From assembly GCF_056712565.1 (NCBI RefSeq), contig NZ_CM160072.1: a DNA stretch of 64,000 nt; one strand, 5' to 3'. Below are positions 54,355-64,000 of the stretch, in pieces; positions within the stretch are counted from its first letter, which is position 1; every line of letters starts with the position of its first letter. Below the pieces are notes generated by a model. The model ran no database searches, was not told the origin of the DNA, and saw only the letters and a list, made by a program, of their open reading frames with translations. The translations under genes and the position numbers were made by a program.

Positions 54355-55383
54355 ATGGGATTGTTTACGACCCGCCAGTTACTCGGTTATACCGAACAAA
54401 AAGTGAAATTCCGTGCGCTGTTTCTGGAGCTGTTTTTCCGCCGTACGGTGAATTTCCATACCGAAGAGGTGATGCTGGACAAAATTACCGGAAAAACGCC
54501 GGTGGCGGCCTATGTCTCCCCGGTTGTTGAAGGAAAAGTGCTGCGTCATCGTGGTGGTGAAACCCGCGTGTTGCGTCCGGGCTACGTCAAGCCGAAACAC
54601 GAATTTAATTACCAGCAGGCGGTTGAGCGCCTTCCTGGTGAAGATCCATCTCAACTGAATGATCCGGCTTACCGCCGTCTGCGTATCATTACCGATAACC
54701 TCAAACAGGAAGAGCACGCCATTGTCCAGGTGGAAGAAATGCAGGCGGTGAATGCCGTGCTGTATGGCAAATACACCATGGAAGGGGAGCAGTTTGATAC
54801 TGTCGAGGTGGATTTCGGGCGCTCTGAAGGAAATAACATTGAGCAGGCTGACGGTAAAAAATGGTCTGAGCAGGACCGTGATACGTTTGATCCGACGCAT
54901 GATATTGACCTCTACTGCGATCAGGCCAGCGGCCTTGTGAATATCGCCATTATGGACGGTACGGTCTGGCGTCTGCTGAATGGCTTTAAGCTGTTCCGCG
55001 AAAAACTGGATACCCGTCGCGGCTCAAATTCACAACTCGAAACGGCAGTGAAAGATCTGGGCGCAGTGGTGTCCTTCAAGGGGTATTACGGCGATCTGGC
55101 CATTGTGGTGGCGAAAACGTCTTATATAGCAGAAGACGGTACCGAAAAACGTTATCTTCCAGATGGCATGCTGGTTCTGGGGAATACTGCTGCAGATGGG
55201 ATCCGTTGTTACGGTGCCATTCAGGATGCTCAGGCGTTGTCCGAAGGTGTGGTGGCCTCTTCCCGTTATCCGAAACACTGGCTGACGGTAGGGGATCCCG
55301 CCCGTGAATTTACCATGACGCAGTCCGCGCCGCTGATGGTGTTGCCGGACCCGGATGAGTTTGTGGTGGTACAGGTGAAATAA
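54355..55383 (+). CDS. Major capsid protein E
   Basis: 342 aa, lambda gpE-like (...RGSNSQLETAVKDLG...TGDPAREFTM...). Confidence 0.93.
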   Translation: MGLFTTRQLLGYTEQKVKFRALFLELFFRRTVNFHTEEVMLDKITGKTPVAAYVSPVVEGKVLRHRGGETRVLRPGYVKPKHEFNYQQAVERLPGEDPSQLNDPAYRRLRIITDNLKQEEHAIVQVEEMQAVNAVLYGKYTMEGEQFDTVEVDFGRSEGNNIEQADGKKWSEQDRDTFDPTHDIDLYCDQASGLVNIAIMDGTVWRLLNGFKLFREKLDTRRGSNSQLETAVKDLGAVVSFKGYYGDLAIVVAKTSYIAEDGTEKRYLPDGMLVLGNTAADGIRCYGAIQDAQALSEGVVASSRYPKHWLTVGDPAREFTMTQSAPLMVLPDPDEFVVVQVK

Positions 55384-55391
55384 TCCGTGAG

Positions 55392-55420
55392 CGGGGGCGA
55401 AATGCCCCCGTGTCTTTTTT
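55392..55420 (+). terminator. Intrinsic terminator/attenuator after E
   Basis: cgggggc-gaaat-gcccccg followed by tgtc and T6. Confidence 0.6.
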
Positions 55421-55434
55421 CACAGGAGGCTGAG

Positions 55435-55818
55435 ATGGCAACAAAAGAAGAAAATCTGAATCGTCTTCGTCAACTGGCTGACCTGCTGGGGCGCGAGGCG
55501 GATATGTCGGGGAGTGCTGCGGATATTGCTCAACGTGTGTCTGAGTGGGAAGAGGAGCTTGCTGTTTCCCCGGAGGGCATTATGCACTCTGATGAGAGCG
55601 GGGCTGATCAAAATCACACAGACGATGGTGAGCAGTTGAACAACACGGATGCTCCGGATGATGTTAAAGCCGTCCGGGTACGGAAGTGCCTGCAAGTAAT
55701 GGGGTATTGCCCGGAGACAGGTCGTCCCGTTGAGCTGGCGTTACGGGGTATGCGTGTTCTGGTGCCATCATCACTGGCAACGGCCATGATACAGCACGGA
55801 ACGGCTGAATATGCGTGA
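55435..55818 (+). CDS. DNA-packaging protein FI
   Basis: 127 aa from MATKEENLNRL with CAGGAGG RBS; acidic central region. Confidence 0.6.
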   Translation: MATKEENLNRLRQLADLLGREADMSGSAADIAQRVSEWEEELAVSPEGIMHSDESGADQNHTDDGEQLNNTDAPDDVKAVRVRKCLQVMGYCPETGRPVELALRGMRVLVPSSLATAMIQHGTAEYA

Positions 55819-56164
55819 TTTTCAGAATGCCTTTGATGCTGCCCTCGCCGGGGTAGACAGTACGATCGTTGAAGTGATGGGGCTCTGTGCGCAGTTCACC
55901 TCGGGGGCACAGTGTGGCAGCGAAGTTCAGGGGGTTTTTGATGATCCGGAGTCGCTGGGGTTTGCCGGTGGCGGGGTCCGTATTGAAGGAAGCAGCCCGT
56001 CATTATTTGTGCGGACGGATACGGTTCGTGCCGTGCGGCGTGGTGACACGCTGACCATTAATGGTGAGATATTCTGGGTGGATCGTGTTTCTCCGGATGA
56101 CGGGGGCAGCTGTTATCTCTGGCTCAACCGTGGTCAACCACCCGCAGTTAACCGGCGACGATAA
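55811..56164 (+). CDS. Head-tail connector FII
   Basis: 117 aa, lambda gpFII-like (...GSSPSLFVRTD...WVDRVSPDDGGSC...). Confidence 0.88.
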   Translation: MRDFQNAFDAALAGVDSTIVEVMGLCAQFTSGAQCGSEVQGVFDDPESLGFAGGGVRIEGSSPSLFVRTDTVRAVRRGDTLTINGEIFWVDRVSPDDGGSCYLWLNRGQPPAVNRRR

Positions 56165-56179
56165 ACGCAGGGTGAAATT

Positions 56180-56713
56180 ATGGCGATAAAAGGGCTTGAT
56201 CAGGCGATTGACAATCTGAGCCGGGTTCGTAAAAACGCCATTCCGGCGGCTTCAGCAATGGCCATTAACCGCGTGGCCACAACGGCGATTAATCAGTCTT
56301 CATCACAGGTTGCCCGGGAGACAAAGGTTCGCCGGAAACTGGTTAAGGAACGGTCCAGACTGAAACGGGCGACGGTCAGAAATCCGAATGCCAGAATTAT
56401 CGTTAACCGCGGTGATCTCCCTGTGATTAAGCTGGGGATCAGGATGCTGGGGCGTCGCCCGAACAGCATACTTAAAGCCGGTCAGCATCGGTATCAGCGG
56501 GCATTTATTCAGAGATTAAAAAATGGTCGCTGGCATGTCATGCAGCGTGTGGCCGGGAAAAACCGTTACCCCATTGATGTGGTGAAAATCCCGATGGCGG
56601 CCCCACTGAAACAGGCATTTGATGAGAATGTTGACCGTATCCGGCGTGAACGCCTGCCTAAAGAACTGGCATACGCGCTGAAACAACAACTGAGGATTGC
56701 AATAAAACGATGA
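56180..56713 (+). CDS. Tail completion protein Z
   Basis: 177 aa, lambda gpZ-like. Confidence 0.88.
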   Translation: MAIKGLDQAIDNLSRVRKNAIPAASAMAINRVATTAINQSSSQVARETKVRRKLVKERSRLKRATVRNPNARIIVNRGDLPVIKLGIRMLGRRPNSILKAGQHRYQRAFIQRLKNGRWHVMQRVAGKNRYPIDVVKIPMAAPLKQAFDENVDRIRRERLPKELAYALKQQLRIAIKR

Positions 56714-57105
56714 AACACACTGACATTCGTGCCGCAGTGCTGGATGCACTCGAGCAGCATGAACACGGGGCGACGCTGTTTGATGGTCGCCCCGTTGTTT
56801 TTGACGAAGAGGATTTTCCTGCGATCGCGGTTTATCTGACGGATGCAGAGTATACCGGTGAAGAGCTGGATGCAGATACCTGGCGGGCCACGCTGCATAT
56901 TGAGGTGTTTTTACCGGCACAGGTACCGGATTCAGAGCTTGATCAGTGGATGGAAAGCCGGATTTACCCGGCGATGACCGCGATCCCGGCACTGGCAGGA
57001 CTGATTACCACGATGGTTACGCAGGGCTATGAGTATCGTCGTGATGACGATATGGCGTTATGGAGTTCTGCAGATCTGACTTATTCCATTACATACGAGA
57101 TGTGA
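56710..57105 (+). CDS. Tail terminator protein U
   Basis: 131 aa, lambda gpU-like. Confidence 0.88.
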   Translation: MKHTDIRAAVLDALEQHEHGATLFDGRPVVFDEEDFPAIAVYLTDAEYTGEELDADTWRATLHIEVFLPAQVPDSELDQWMESRIYPAMTAIPALAGLITTMVTQGYEYRRDDDMALWSSADLTYSITYEM

Positions 57106-57112
57106 GGACGAT

Positions 57113-57865
57113 ATGGCAACACCAAATCCCCTTGAGCCGGTAAAAGGTGCCGGTACCACTCTGTGGGTTTACAACGGCAAGGGTGATGCTTATGCAAACC
57201 CGTTGTCAGACGATGACTGGCAGCGACTGGCTAAGGTGAAGGATCTGACGCCGGGCGAGATGACGGCAGAATCCTACGATGATAACTACCTGGATGATGA
57301 AGACGCGGACTGGACCGCGACCGGGCAGGGGCAGAAATCTGCAGGTGATACCAGTTTTACGCTGGCCTGGAAACCGGGAGAGGAAGGCCAGAAAGGGCTT
57401 ATAGGCTGGTTTGAAAGCGGCGATGTCCGGGCCTATAAAATCCGTTTTCCGAATGGCACGGTGGATGTGTTTCGTGGCTGGGTCAGCAGTATCGGTAAGG
57501 CCGTGACGGCGAAAGAAGTGATCACCCGCACGGTGAAAGTCACTAACGTGGGTAAACCTTCTGTAGCGGAAGAACGCAGCAAAATTACGCCGGTCAGTGC
57601 GATTAAGGTGACGCCGACATCCGGTACGGTGGCAAAAGGGAAAACAACCACCCTGACGGTTTCTTTTGAGCCGGAAAGTGCAACCGACAAGACGTTCAGA
57701 GCGGTTTCCGCCGATCCGTCGAAAGCCACCATTAGTGTGAAAGATATGACAATTACGGTAAACGGCGTGGCGACAGGTAAGGTGCAGATCCCTGTGGTGA
57801 GCGGAAATGGTCAGTTCGCCGCAGTGGCTGAAGTCACCGTTACTGAAGCGGGCGCTGCAGGGTAA
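57113..57865 (+). CDS. Major tail protein V (C-terminal Ig-like domain)
   Basis: 250 aa, lambda gpV-like. Confidence 0.9.
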   Translation: MATPNPLEPVKGAGTTLWVYNGKGDAYANPLSDDDWQRLAKVKDLTPGEMTAESYDDNYLDDEDADWTATGQGQKSAGDTSFTLAWKPGEEGQKGLIGWFESGDVRAYKIRFPNGTVDVFRGWVSSIGKAVTAKEVITRTVKVTNVGKPSVAEERSKITPVSAIKVTPTSGTVAKGKTTTLTVSFEPESATDKTFRAVSADPSKATISVKDMTITVNGVATGKVQIPVVSGNGQFAAVAEVTVTEAGAAG

Positions 57866-57878
57866 ACGGAGGTAATAC

Positions 57879-58310
57879 ATGTTTCTGAAAACAGAACAAT
57901 TTGAATATAACGGTGTGTCTGTCACGCTTTCCGAATTGTCTGCGCTGCAGCGTATCGAGCATCTTGCCCTCCTGAAACGGCGTGCAGAACAGGCAGAATC
58001 CTGCGGCAACCTGCAGGTAAGCGTGGAAGATCTCGTCAGAACCGGCGCGTTTCTGGTGGCGATGTCCCTGTGGCATAACCATCCACAGAAAACGCAGTCA
58101 CCGTCAATGAATGAGGCCGTGATGAAGATAGAGCAGGAAGTGCTCACCACCTGGCCTGCCGATGCCATTGCCCGGGCGGAAGACGTGGTGTTGTGCCTGT
58201 CCGGGATGATCGAAGCTGTTCGTCCGGATACTGATATTACTGAAGTGGCGAAAAATAACACGCTGACTGATGATGATTTTTCTGCGGGAAAGTCTTCGAC
58301 GGCGAGCTGA
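57879..58310 (+). CDS. Tail assembly chaperone G
   Basis: 143 aa, lambda gpG-like, ending ...FSAGKSSTAS. Confidence 0.88.
   Translation: MFLKTEQFEYNGVSVTLSELSALQRIEHLALLKRRAEQAESCGNLQVSVEDLVRTGAFLVAMSLWHNHPQKTQSPSMNEAVMKIEQEVLTTWPADAIARAEDVVLCLSGMIEAVRPDTDITEVAKNNTLTDDDFSAGKSSTAS
58286..58292 (+). promoter_or_regulatory. Programmed -1 ribosomal frameshift slippery site G GGA AAG (G to G-T)
   Basis: Heptamer in the G frame 14 codons before the G stop; the -1 frame is open through the T ORF to 58750. Confidence 0.8.
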
Positions 58311-58750
58311 ACTTTGCCCTCAGACTGGCGCGTGAGATGGGGAGACCCGACTGGCGCGCCATGCTTGCCGGGATGACATCCACCGAATATGCCGACTGGC
58401 ACCGTTTTTACCGCACGCATTATTTTCAGGATACCCAGCTGGATATGCATTTTTCCGGGCTGACGTACGCTGTACTCAGCCTGTTTTTTTGCGATCCGGA
58501 TATGCATCCCTCTGATTTCAGTCTGCTTGTCCCCCGGCATGAGGAAGAGCAGGTGGAGAGGCCGGATGAGGACAAAATGCTGATGCAGAAAGCGGCAGGA
58601 CTTGCCGGAGGCGTCCGGTTCGGTGGGGACGGAGGGCGCGATATTTTATCGTCTGCGGATGTGGCGGATGTCATGGTGGATGATGCCGCATTAATGATGG
58701 CTTCAGCGGGGATTCCGGGAGGTGTGAGATATGTCCCAGCCGGTTGGTGA
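58286..58750 (+). CDS. T portion of the G-T tail assembly fusion (-1 frame)
   Basis: -1 frame from the slippery site reads GKVFDGELNF...MGRPDWRAML... to the stop at 58750. Confidence 0.75.
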   Translation, partial: GKVFDGELNFALRLAREMGRPDWRAMLAGMTSTEYADWHRFYRTHYFQDTQLDMHFSGLTYAVLSLFFCDPDMHPSDFSLLVPRHEEEQVERPDEDKMLMQKAAGLAGGVRFGGDGGRDILSSADVADVMVDDAALMMASAGIPGGVRYVPAGW

Positions 58751-61304
58751 TCTTGTTATTGACCTGAGTCTGGATGCTGTCCGTTTCGATGAGCAGATGA
58801 GCCGGGTAAGGCGTCATTTTTCAGGTCTGGATACCGACGCCAGAAAAACCGCCAGTGCTGTTGAACAGGGCCTGAGCCGCCAGGCGCTGGCTGCACAAAA
58901 AGCCGGGATTTCCGTCGGGCAGTATAAAGCGGCCATGCGAACCCTGCCCGCACAGTTTACGGATATCGCCACGCAGCTTGCCGGTGGTCAGAATCCCTGG
59001 TTGATCCTGCTGCAACAGGGCGGTCAGGTGAAGGACTCCTTCGGCGGGATGATCCCCATGTTCAGGGGGCTTGCCGGTGCGATCACCCTGCCGATGGTCG
59101 GGGTCACCTCGCTGGCGGTGGCGACAGGTGCGCTGGCGTACGCCTGGTACCAGGGCGACGCCACGCTTTCAGAATTTAATAAAACGCTGGTCCTTTCCGG
59201 CAATCAGGCCGGACTGACTGCCGATCGTATGCTGACGCTCTCAAGAGCCGGGCAGGCAGCAGGGCTGACGTTTAACCAGGCGAGAGAGTCACTGGCAGCC
59301 CTGGTGAATGCCGGTGTGCGTGGTGGTGAACAGTTTGATGCCATCAACCAGAGTGTCGCGCGTTTTGCGTCTGCATCCGGTGTGGAGGTGGATAAAGTCG
59401 CTGAAGCCTTCGGGAAGCTGACCACTGACCCGACGTCGGGACTGATGGCGATGGCGCGCCAGTTCCGTAACGTGACGGCAGAGCAGATTGCGTATGTTGC
59501 ACAGCTGCAGCGTTCCGGAGACGAGGCCGGGGCATTGCAGGCGGCGAACGATATCGCCACGAAAGGCTTTGATGAGCAGACCCGTCGCCTGAAAGAAAAC
59601 ATGGGAACACTGGAGACCTGGGCGGATAAAACAGGGAAGGCATTCAAATCGATGTGGGATGCCATTCTGGATATCGGTCGTCCGGAATCCTCAGCGGATA
59701 TGCTCGCCAGTGCGCAGAAGGCATTTGATGAGGCGGATAAAAAATGGCAGTGGTACCAGAGCCGGAGCCAGCGCCGGGGAAAGACCTCCTCTTTTCGTGC
59801 GAACCTTCAGGGGGCATGGGATGACCGGGAAAATGCCCGTCTGGGTCTGGCAGCGGCCACGCTGCAGTCGGATATGGAAAAAGCCGGTGAACTGGCGGCA
59901 AGGGACAGGGCTGAGCGTGAGTCGTCACAGCTGAAGTATACCGGAGAGGCGCAGAAGGCGTATGAGCGCCTGCAGACGCCGCTGGATAAATATACCGCCC
60001 GTCAGAAAGAGCTGAATAAGGCCCTGAAAGACGGAAAAATCCTGCAGGCGGATTACAACACGCTGATGGCGTCGGCAAAAAAGGATTATGAATCGACGCT
60101 GAAAAAGCCGTCAGGTGTGAAGGTGTCTGCCGGTGAGCGCCAGGAAGACCGGGCGCATGCAGCCCTGCTGGCGCTTGAAACCGAGCTCAGGACGCTGGAA
60201 AAACACAGCGGTGTGAATGAGAAAATCAGCCAGCAGCGCCGGGATTTATGGGAAGCGGAAAGTCAGTATGTGGTCCTGAAAGAGGCCGCCACGAAACGGC
60301 AGTTATCTGAGCAGGAAAAATCCCTGCTGGCTCATGAGAAAGAGACGCTGGAGTACAAACGCCAGCTGGCTGAGCTGGGAGACAAGATTGAACACCAGAA
60401 GCGGCTGAATGAGCTGGCACAGCAGGCGGCGCGGTTTGAACAGCAGCAAAGCGCGAAGCAGGCGGCAATCAGCGCAAAAGCCCGCGGCCTCACCGACCGT
60501 CAGGCGCAGCGGGAGTCGGAAGAGCAGCGCCTTCGTGAGGTGTACGGTGATAATCCGGCTGCGCTGGCGAAGGCCACATCGGCACTGAAGAACACCTGGT
60601 CTGCGGAGGAGCAGCTTCGTGGAAGCTGGATGGCCGGGATGAAGTCCGGCTGGGGAGAGTGGGCGGAAAGTGCGACGGACAGTTTTTCGCAGGTTAAAAG
60701 TGTGGCCACGCAGACCTTTGACGGTATTGCACAGAATATGGCGGCGATGCTGACCGGCAGCGAACAGAACTGGCGGGGATTCACCCGTTCCGTGCTGTCC
60801 ATGATGACAGAAATTCTGCTTAAGCAGGCAATGGTGGGGATTGTCGGGAGTATCGGCAGCGCCATTGGCGGGGCTGTTGGTGGCGGCGCATCCGCGTCAG
60901 GCGGTACAGCCATTCAGGCCGCCGCGGCGAAATTCCATTTTGCAACCGGAGGATTTACGGGAACCGGCGGCAAATATGAGCCAGCGGGGATTGTTCACCG
61001 TGGTGAATTTGTCTTCACAAAGGAGGCAACCAGCCGGATTGGCGTGGGGAATCTCTATCGGCTGATGCGCGGCTATGCCACCGGTGGTTATGTCGGTACA
61101 CCGGGCAGTCTGGCTGACAGCCGGTCGCAGGCGTCCGGGACGTTTGAGCAGAATAACCATGTGGTGATTAACAACGACGGCACGAACGGGCAGATAGGTC
61201 CGGCTGCTCTGAAGGCGGTGTATGACATGGCCCGCAAGGGTGCCCGTGATGAAATTCAGACACAGATGCGTGATGGTGGACTGTTCTCCGGAGGTGGACG
61301 ATGA
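58731..61304 (+). CDS. Tail tape-measure protein H
   Basis: 857 aa, lambda gpH-like, coiled-coil rich. Confidence 0.92.
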   Translation: MSQPVGDLVIDLSLDAVRFDEQMSRVRRHFSGLDTDARKTASAVEQGLSRQALAAQKAGISVGQYKAAMRTLPAQFTDIATQLAGGQNPWLILLQQGGQVKDSFGGMIPMFRGLAGAITLPMVGVTSLAVATGALAYAWYQGDATLSEFNKTLVLSGNQAGLTADRMLTLSRAGQAAGLTFNQARESLAALVNAGVRGGEQFDAINQSVARFASASGVEVDKVAEAFGKLTTDPTSGLMAMARQFRNVTAEQIAYVAQLQRSGDEAGALQAANDIATKGFDEQTRRLKENMGTLETWADKTGKAFKSMWDAILDIGRPESSADMLASAQKAFDEADKKWQWYQSRSQRRGKTSSFRANLQGAWDDRENARLGLAAATLQSDMEKAGELAARDRAERESSQLKYTGEAQKAYERLQTPLDKYTARQKELNKALKDGKILQADYNTLMASAKKDYESTLKKPSGVKVSAGERQEDRAHAALLALETELRTLEKHSGVNEKISQQRRDLWEAESQYVVLKEAATKRQLSEQEKSLLAHEKETLEYKRQLAELGDKIEHQKRLNELAQQAARFEQQQSAKQAAISAKARGLTDRQAQRESEEQRLREVYGDNPAALAKATSALKNTWSAEEQLRGSWMAGMKSGWGEWAESATDSFSQVKSVATQTFDGIAQNMAAMLTGSEQNWRGFTRSVLSMMTEILLKQAMVGIVGSIGSAIGGAVGGGASASGGTAIQAAAAKFHFATGGFTGTGGKYEPAGIVHRGEFVFTKEATSRIGVGNLYRLMRGYATGGYVGTPGSLADSRSQASGTFEQNNHVVINNDGTNGQIGPAALKAVYDMARKGARDEIQTQMRDGGLFSGGGR

Positions 61305-61630
61305 AAACCTTCCGCTGGAAAGTGAAACCCGGGATGGATGTGACATCGGCTCCTTCCGTCAGGGAGGTGCGCTTTGGTGATGGCTATTCCCAGCGTGCGC
61401 CTGCCGGGCTGAACGCTGACCTGAAAACGTACAGCGTGACGCTGTCTGTCTCCCGTGAGGAGGCCACGGCGCTGGAGTCGTTTCTGGCTGAGCACGGGGG
61501 CTGGAAGGCCTTTCTGTGGACGCCGCCTTATGGTTACAGGCAGATAAAGGTGACCTGCGCAAAATGGTCGTCGCAGGTCAGTATGTTGCGTGTTGGGTTC
61601 AGCGCAGAGTTTAAACAGGTGGTGAACTGA
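61301..61630 (+). CDS. Minor tail protein M
   Basis: 109 aa, lambda gpM-like. Confidence 0.9.
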   Translation: MKTFRWKVKPGMDVTSAPSVREVRFGDGYSQRAPAGLNADLKTYSVTLSVSREEATALESFLAEHGGWKAFLWTPPYGYRQIKVTCAKWSSQVSMLRVGFSAEFKQVVN

Positions 61631-62328
61631 TGCAGGATATCCGGCAGGAAACACTGAATGAATGCACCCGTGCGGAGCAGTCGGCCAGCGTGGTGCTCTG
61701 GGAAATCGATCTGACAGAGGTCGGTGGAGAACGTTATTTTTTCTGTAATGAGCAGAACGAAAAAGGTGAGCCGGTCACCTGGCAGGGGAGGCAGTATCAG
61801 GCGTATCCCATTCAGGGGAGCGGTTTTGAACTGAATGGCAAAGGCACCAGTACGCGGCCCACGCTGGCAGTCTCTAACCTGTACGGCATGGTCACCGGTA
61901 TGGTGGAAGATATGCAGAGTCTGGTCGGCGGAACGGTGGTCCGGCGTAAGGTTTACGCCCGTTTTCTGGATGCGGTGAACTTCGTCAACGGAAACAGAGA
62001 CGCCGATCCGGAGCAGGAGGTGATCAGCCGCTGGCGCATCGAGCAGTGCAGCGAACTGAGCGCGGTGAGTGCCTCCTTTGTACTGTCCACGCCGACGGAA
62101 ACGGATGGCGCTGTTTTTCCGGGGCGTATCATGCTGGCCAACACCTGCACCTGGACCTATCGCGGTGATGAGTGCGGTTATCACGGTCCGGCAGTCGCGG
62201 ATGAATATGACCAGCCGACGTCCGATATCACGAAGGATAAATGCAGCAAATGCCTGAGCGGCTGTAAGTTTCGCAATAACGTCGGCAACTTTGGCGGCTT
62301 CCTTTCCATTAACAAACTTTCGCAGTAA
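61630..62328 (+). CDS. Minor tail protein L
   Basis: 232 aa, lambda gpL-like with C-terminal Cys cluster. Confidence 0.9.
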   Translation: MQDIRQETLNECTRAEQSASVVLWEIDLTEVGGERYFFCNEQNEKGEPVTWQGRQYQAYPIQGSGFELNGKGTSTRPTLAVSNLYGMVTGMVEDMQSLVGGTVVRRKVYARFLDAVNFVNGNRDADPEQEVISRWRIEQCSELSAVSASFVLSTPTETDGAVFPGRIMLANTCTWTYRGDECGYHGPAVADEYDQPTSDITKDKCSKCLSGCKFRNNVGNFGGFLSINKLSQ

Positions 62329-62332
62329 TCCC

Positions 62333-63076
62333 ATGACAGAGACAGAATCAGCGATTCTGGCGCACGCCCGGCGATGTGCGCCAGCGGAGTCGTGCGGCTT
62401 CGTGGTAAGCACGCCGGAGGGGGAAAGATATTTCCCCTGCGTGAATATCTCCGGTGAGCCGGAGGCGTATTTCCGGATGGCTCCGGAGGACTGGCTGCAG
62501 GCAGAGATGCAGGGTGAGATTGTGGCGCTGGTCCACAGCCACCCCGGTGGTCTGCCCTGGCTGAGTGAGGCTGACCGGCGGCTGCAGGTGCAGAGCGATT
62601 TGCCGTGGTGGCTGGTCTGCCGGGGGGCGATTCACAAGTTCCGCTGTGTGCCGCATCTCACCGGGCGGCGCTTTGAGTACGGGGTGACAGACTGTTACAC
62701 ACTGTTCCGGGATGCTTACCATCTGGCGGGGATTGAGATGCCGGATTTTCATCGCGGGGATGACTGGTGGCGTCACGGTCAGAATCTCTATCTTGACAAT
62801 ATGGAGGCTACTGGTTTTTACCGTGTCGCACTGACAGAGGCGCAGCCGGGCGATGTGCTGCTGTGCTGTTTTGGTTCATCGGTGCCGAATCACGCCGCCA
62901 TTTACTGCGGCGACGGTGAGCTGCTGCACCATATTCCTGAACAACTGAGTAAACGAGAGAGGTATACCGACAAATGGCAGCGACGCACACACTCCCTCTG
63001 GCGTCACCGGGAATGGCACGCATCTGCCTTTACGGGGATTTGCAACGATTTGGCCGCCGCATCGACCTTCGTGTGA
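62333..63076 (+). CDS. Tail assembly protein K (JAMM/MPN + NlpC/P60)
   Basis: 247 aa from MTETESAIL; JAMM motif HSHPGG...SEAD and Cys-His peptidase motif. Confidence 0.8.
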   Translation: MTETESAILAHARRCAPAESCGFVVSTPEGERYFPCVNISGEPEAYFRMAPEDWLQAEMQGEIVALVHSHPGGLPWLSEADRRLQVQSDLPWWLVCRGAIHKFRCVPHLTGRRFEYGVTDCYTLFRDAYHLAGIEMPDFHRGDDWWRHGQNLYLDNMEATGFYRVALTEAQPGDVLLCCFGSSVPNHAAIYCGDGELLHHIPEQLSKRERYTDKWQRRTHSLWRHREWHASAFTGICNDLAAASTFV

Positions 63077-63615
63077 AAACGGGGGCTGAAGCCATCCGGG
63101 CACTGGCCACACAGCTCCCGGCGTTTCGTCAGAAACTGAGCGATGGCTGGTATCAGGTACGGATTGCCGGGCGGGATGCAGGAGAAACCGAATTATCATC
63201 CCGTCTTAATGAGCCGCTGGCAAATGGTGCCGTGATCCACATCGTGCCGCGTCTTGCGGGAGCAAAAAGTGGCGGTGTGTTTCAGGCGGTGCTGGGTGCG
63301 GCGTTGATTGCTACGGCAATCTGGATGCCGGGGATCAGTATCGCTTTCAGTGACATTCTCTTTTCAATGGGTGCGGCGATGACGCTTGGTGGTGTGGCGC
63401 AGATGCTGGCACCGAAAGCCAGAACTCCCCGTACACAGACAACGGATAACGGCAAACAGAACACCTATTTCTCCTCACTGGATAACATGGTTGCCCAGGG
63501 CAATGTCCTGCCTGTTCTGTACGGTGAAATGCGCGTGGGGTCACGTGTGGCATCTCAGGAGATCAGCACGGCAGATGAAGGGGATGGTGGTCAGGTTGTG
63601 GTAATTGGGCGGTAA
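62974..63615 (+). CDS. Tail assembly protein I
   Basis: 213 aa, lambda gpI-like (...CLYGDLQRFGRRIDLRVKTGAEAIRALATQLPAFRQKLSDGWYQVRIAGRD...). Confidence 0.82.
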   Translation: MAATHTLPLASPGMARICLYGDLQRFGRRIDLRVKTGAEAIRALATQLPAFRQKLSDGWYQVRIAGRDAGETELSSRLNEPLANGAVIHIVPRLAGAKSGGVFQAVLGAALIATAIWMPGISIAFSDILFSMGAAMTLGGVAQMLAPKARTPRTQTTDNGKQNTYFSSLDNMVAQGNVLPVLYGEMRVGSRVASQEISTADEGDGGQVVVIGR

Positions 63616-63688
63616 TATTATTTTACTCATGTTCTAACTAATTTAATATTTATATCGAACACTGATAATTATTCTATTGGTTAGCTAT

Positions 63689-64000
63689 ATGAACAAAACG
63701 ATTTTATTCTGCACGATTATTGCCTTAACAGGATGTAAATCTTTGGATTACGTAAAATCCGGAAAACCTGTAATGGAAGGTAATTCATTAAAAAATATTG
63801 ATGAATTGTCAGGCTGCATATCCAGACAATGGGCTGGTAATGGAACACCTATAACATCCCTTCCTATTGAGAATGGGGTAAGCCTTTTAGTTCCACAGGC
63901 TATGGGGGGATATGATGTTGTGCTTGATATCAAAAAAGCAGGAAATGGCAGTAGTTTTACTCTTTATGAACGTGTACCAGCATTAACGCCAAAAATTTTT
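63689..64000 (+). CDS. AT-rich lipoprotein moron (partial, runs off the window end)
   Basis: ATG at 63689; MNKTILFCTIIALTGC lipobox; open frame to 64000; not in the ORF track because no stop is reached. Confidence 0.5.
   Translation, partial: MNKTILFCTIIALTGCKSLDYVKSGKPVMEGNSLKNIDELSGCISRQWAGNGTPITSLPIENGVSLLVPQAMGGYDVVLDIKKAGNGSSFTLYERVPALTPKIF

Noticed and set aside
57206-58540. 444-aa minus-strand ORF across V/G/T
   Set aside because: Antisense to the collinear lambda-like tail genes; Arg/Cys-rich shadow-frame composition.
61534-62412. 292-aa minus-strand ORF across M/L/K
   Set aside because: Antisense shadow frame of lambda-like tail genes.

Overview
The window has two parts. Positions 1 to ~26.8 kb are an E. 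coli K-12-like chromosomal segment: tyrT/tyrV tRNA operon, purU, ychJ, rssA, rssB, galU, hns, tdk, an IS4-like remnant, adhE, ychE, oppABCDF, yciU, clsA, kch, yciI, tonB, yciA/B/C and ompW. From ~26.8 kb to beyond the window end is a lambdoid prophage integrated immediately 3' of ompW. It runs int/xis, early-left genes, a Rac-like immunity region (ydaG/ydaF-like, CI-type repressor, Cro-like, YdaT-like), an O-like replication initiator with internal iterons, a hok toxin, DUF968, rusA, Q, a lambda-like PR'/tR', an orphan DNA methyltransferase, three tRNAs (Ile/Met-CAU, Arg-UCG, Arg-UCU), a lysis cassette, a lambda-identical cos site, and lambda-like terminase/head/tail genes Nu1 through I. The best candidate for an undescribed system is an AT-rich two-gene cargo cassette at 35.7-37.7 kb (a protein with a HEPN-like R-N-x3-H motif followed by a protein with a GNAT-like C-terminus). 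Other points worth a second look are a ~1 kb non-coding stretch with two homologous sRNA-like units where Stx phages carry stxAB, an endolysin frameshifted in a G7 run, and an AT-rich lipoprotein gene after tail gene I. No stx genes and no CRISPR array were seen. All homology statements come from reading the translations against remembered protein families, not from database searches.
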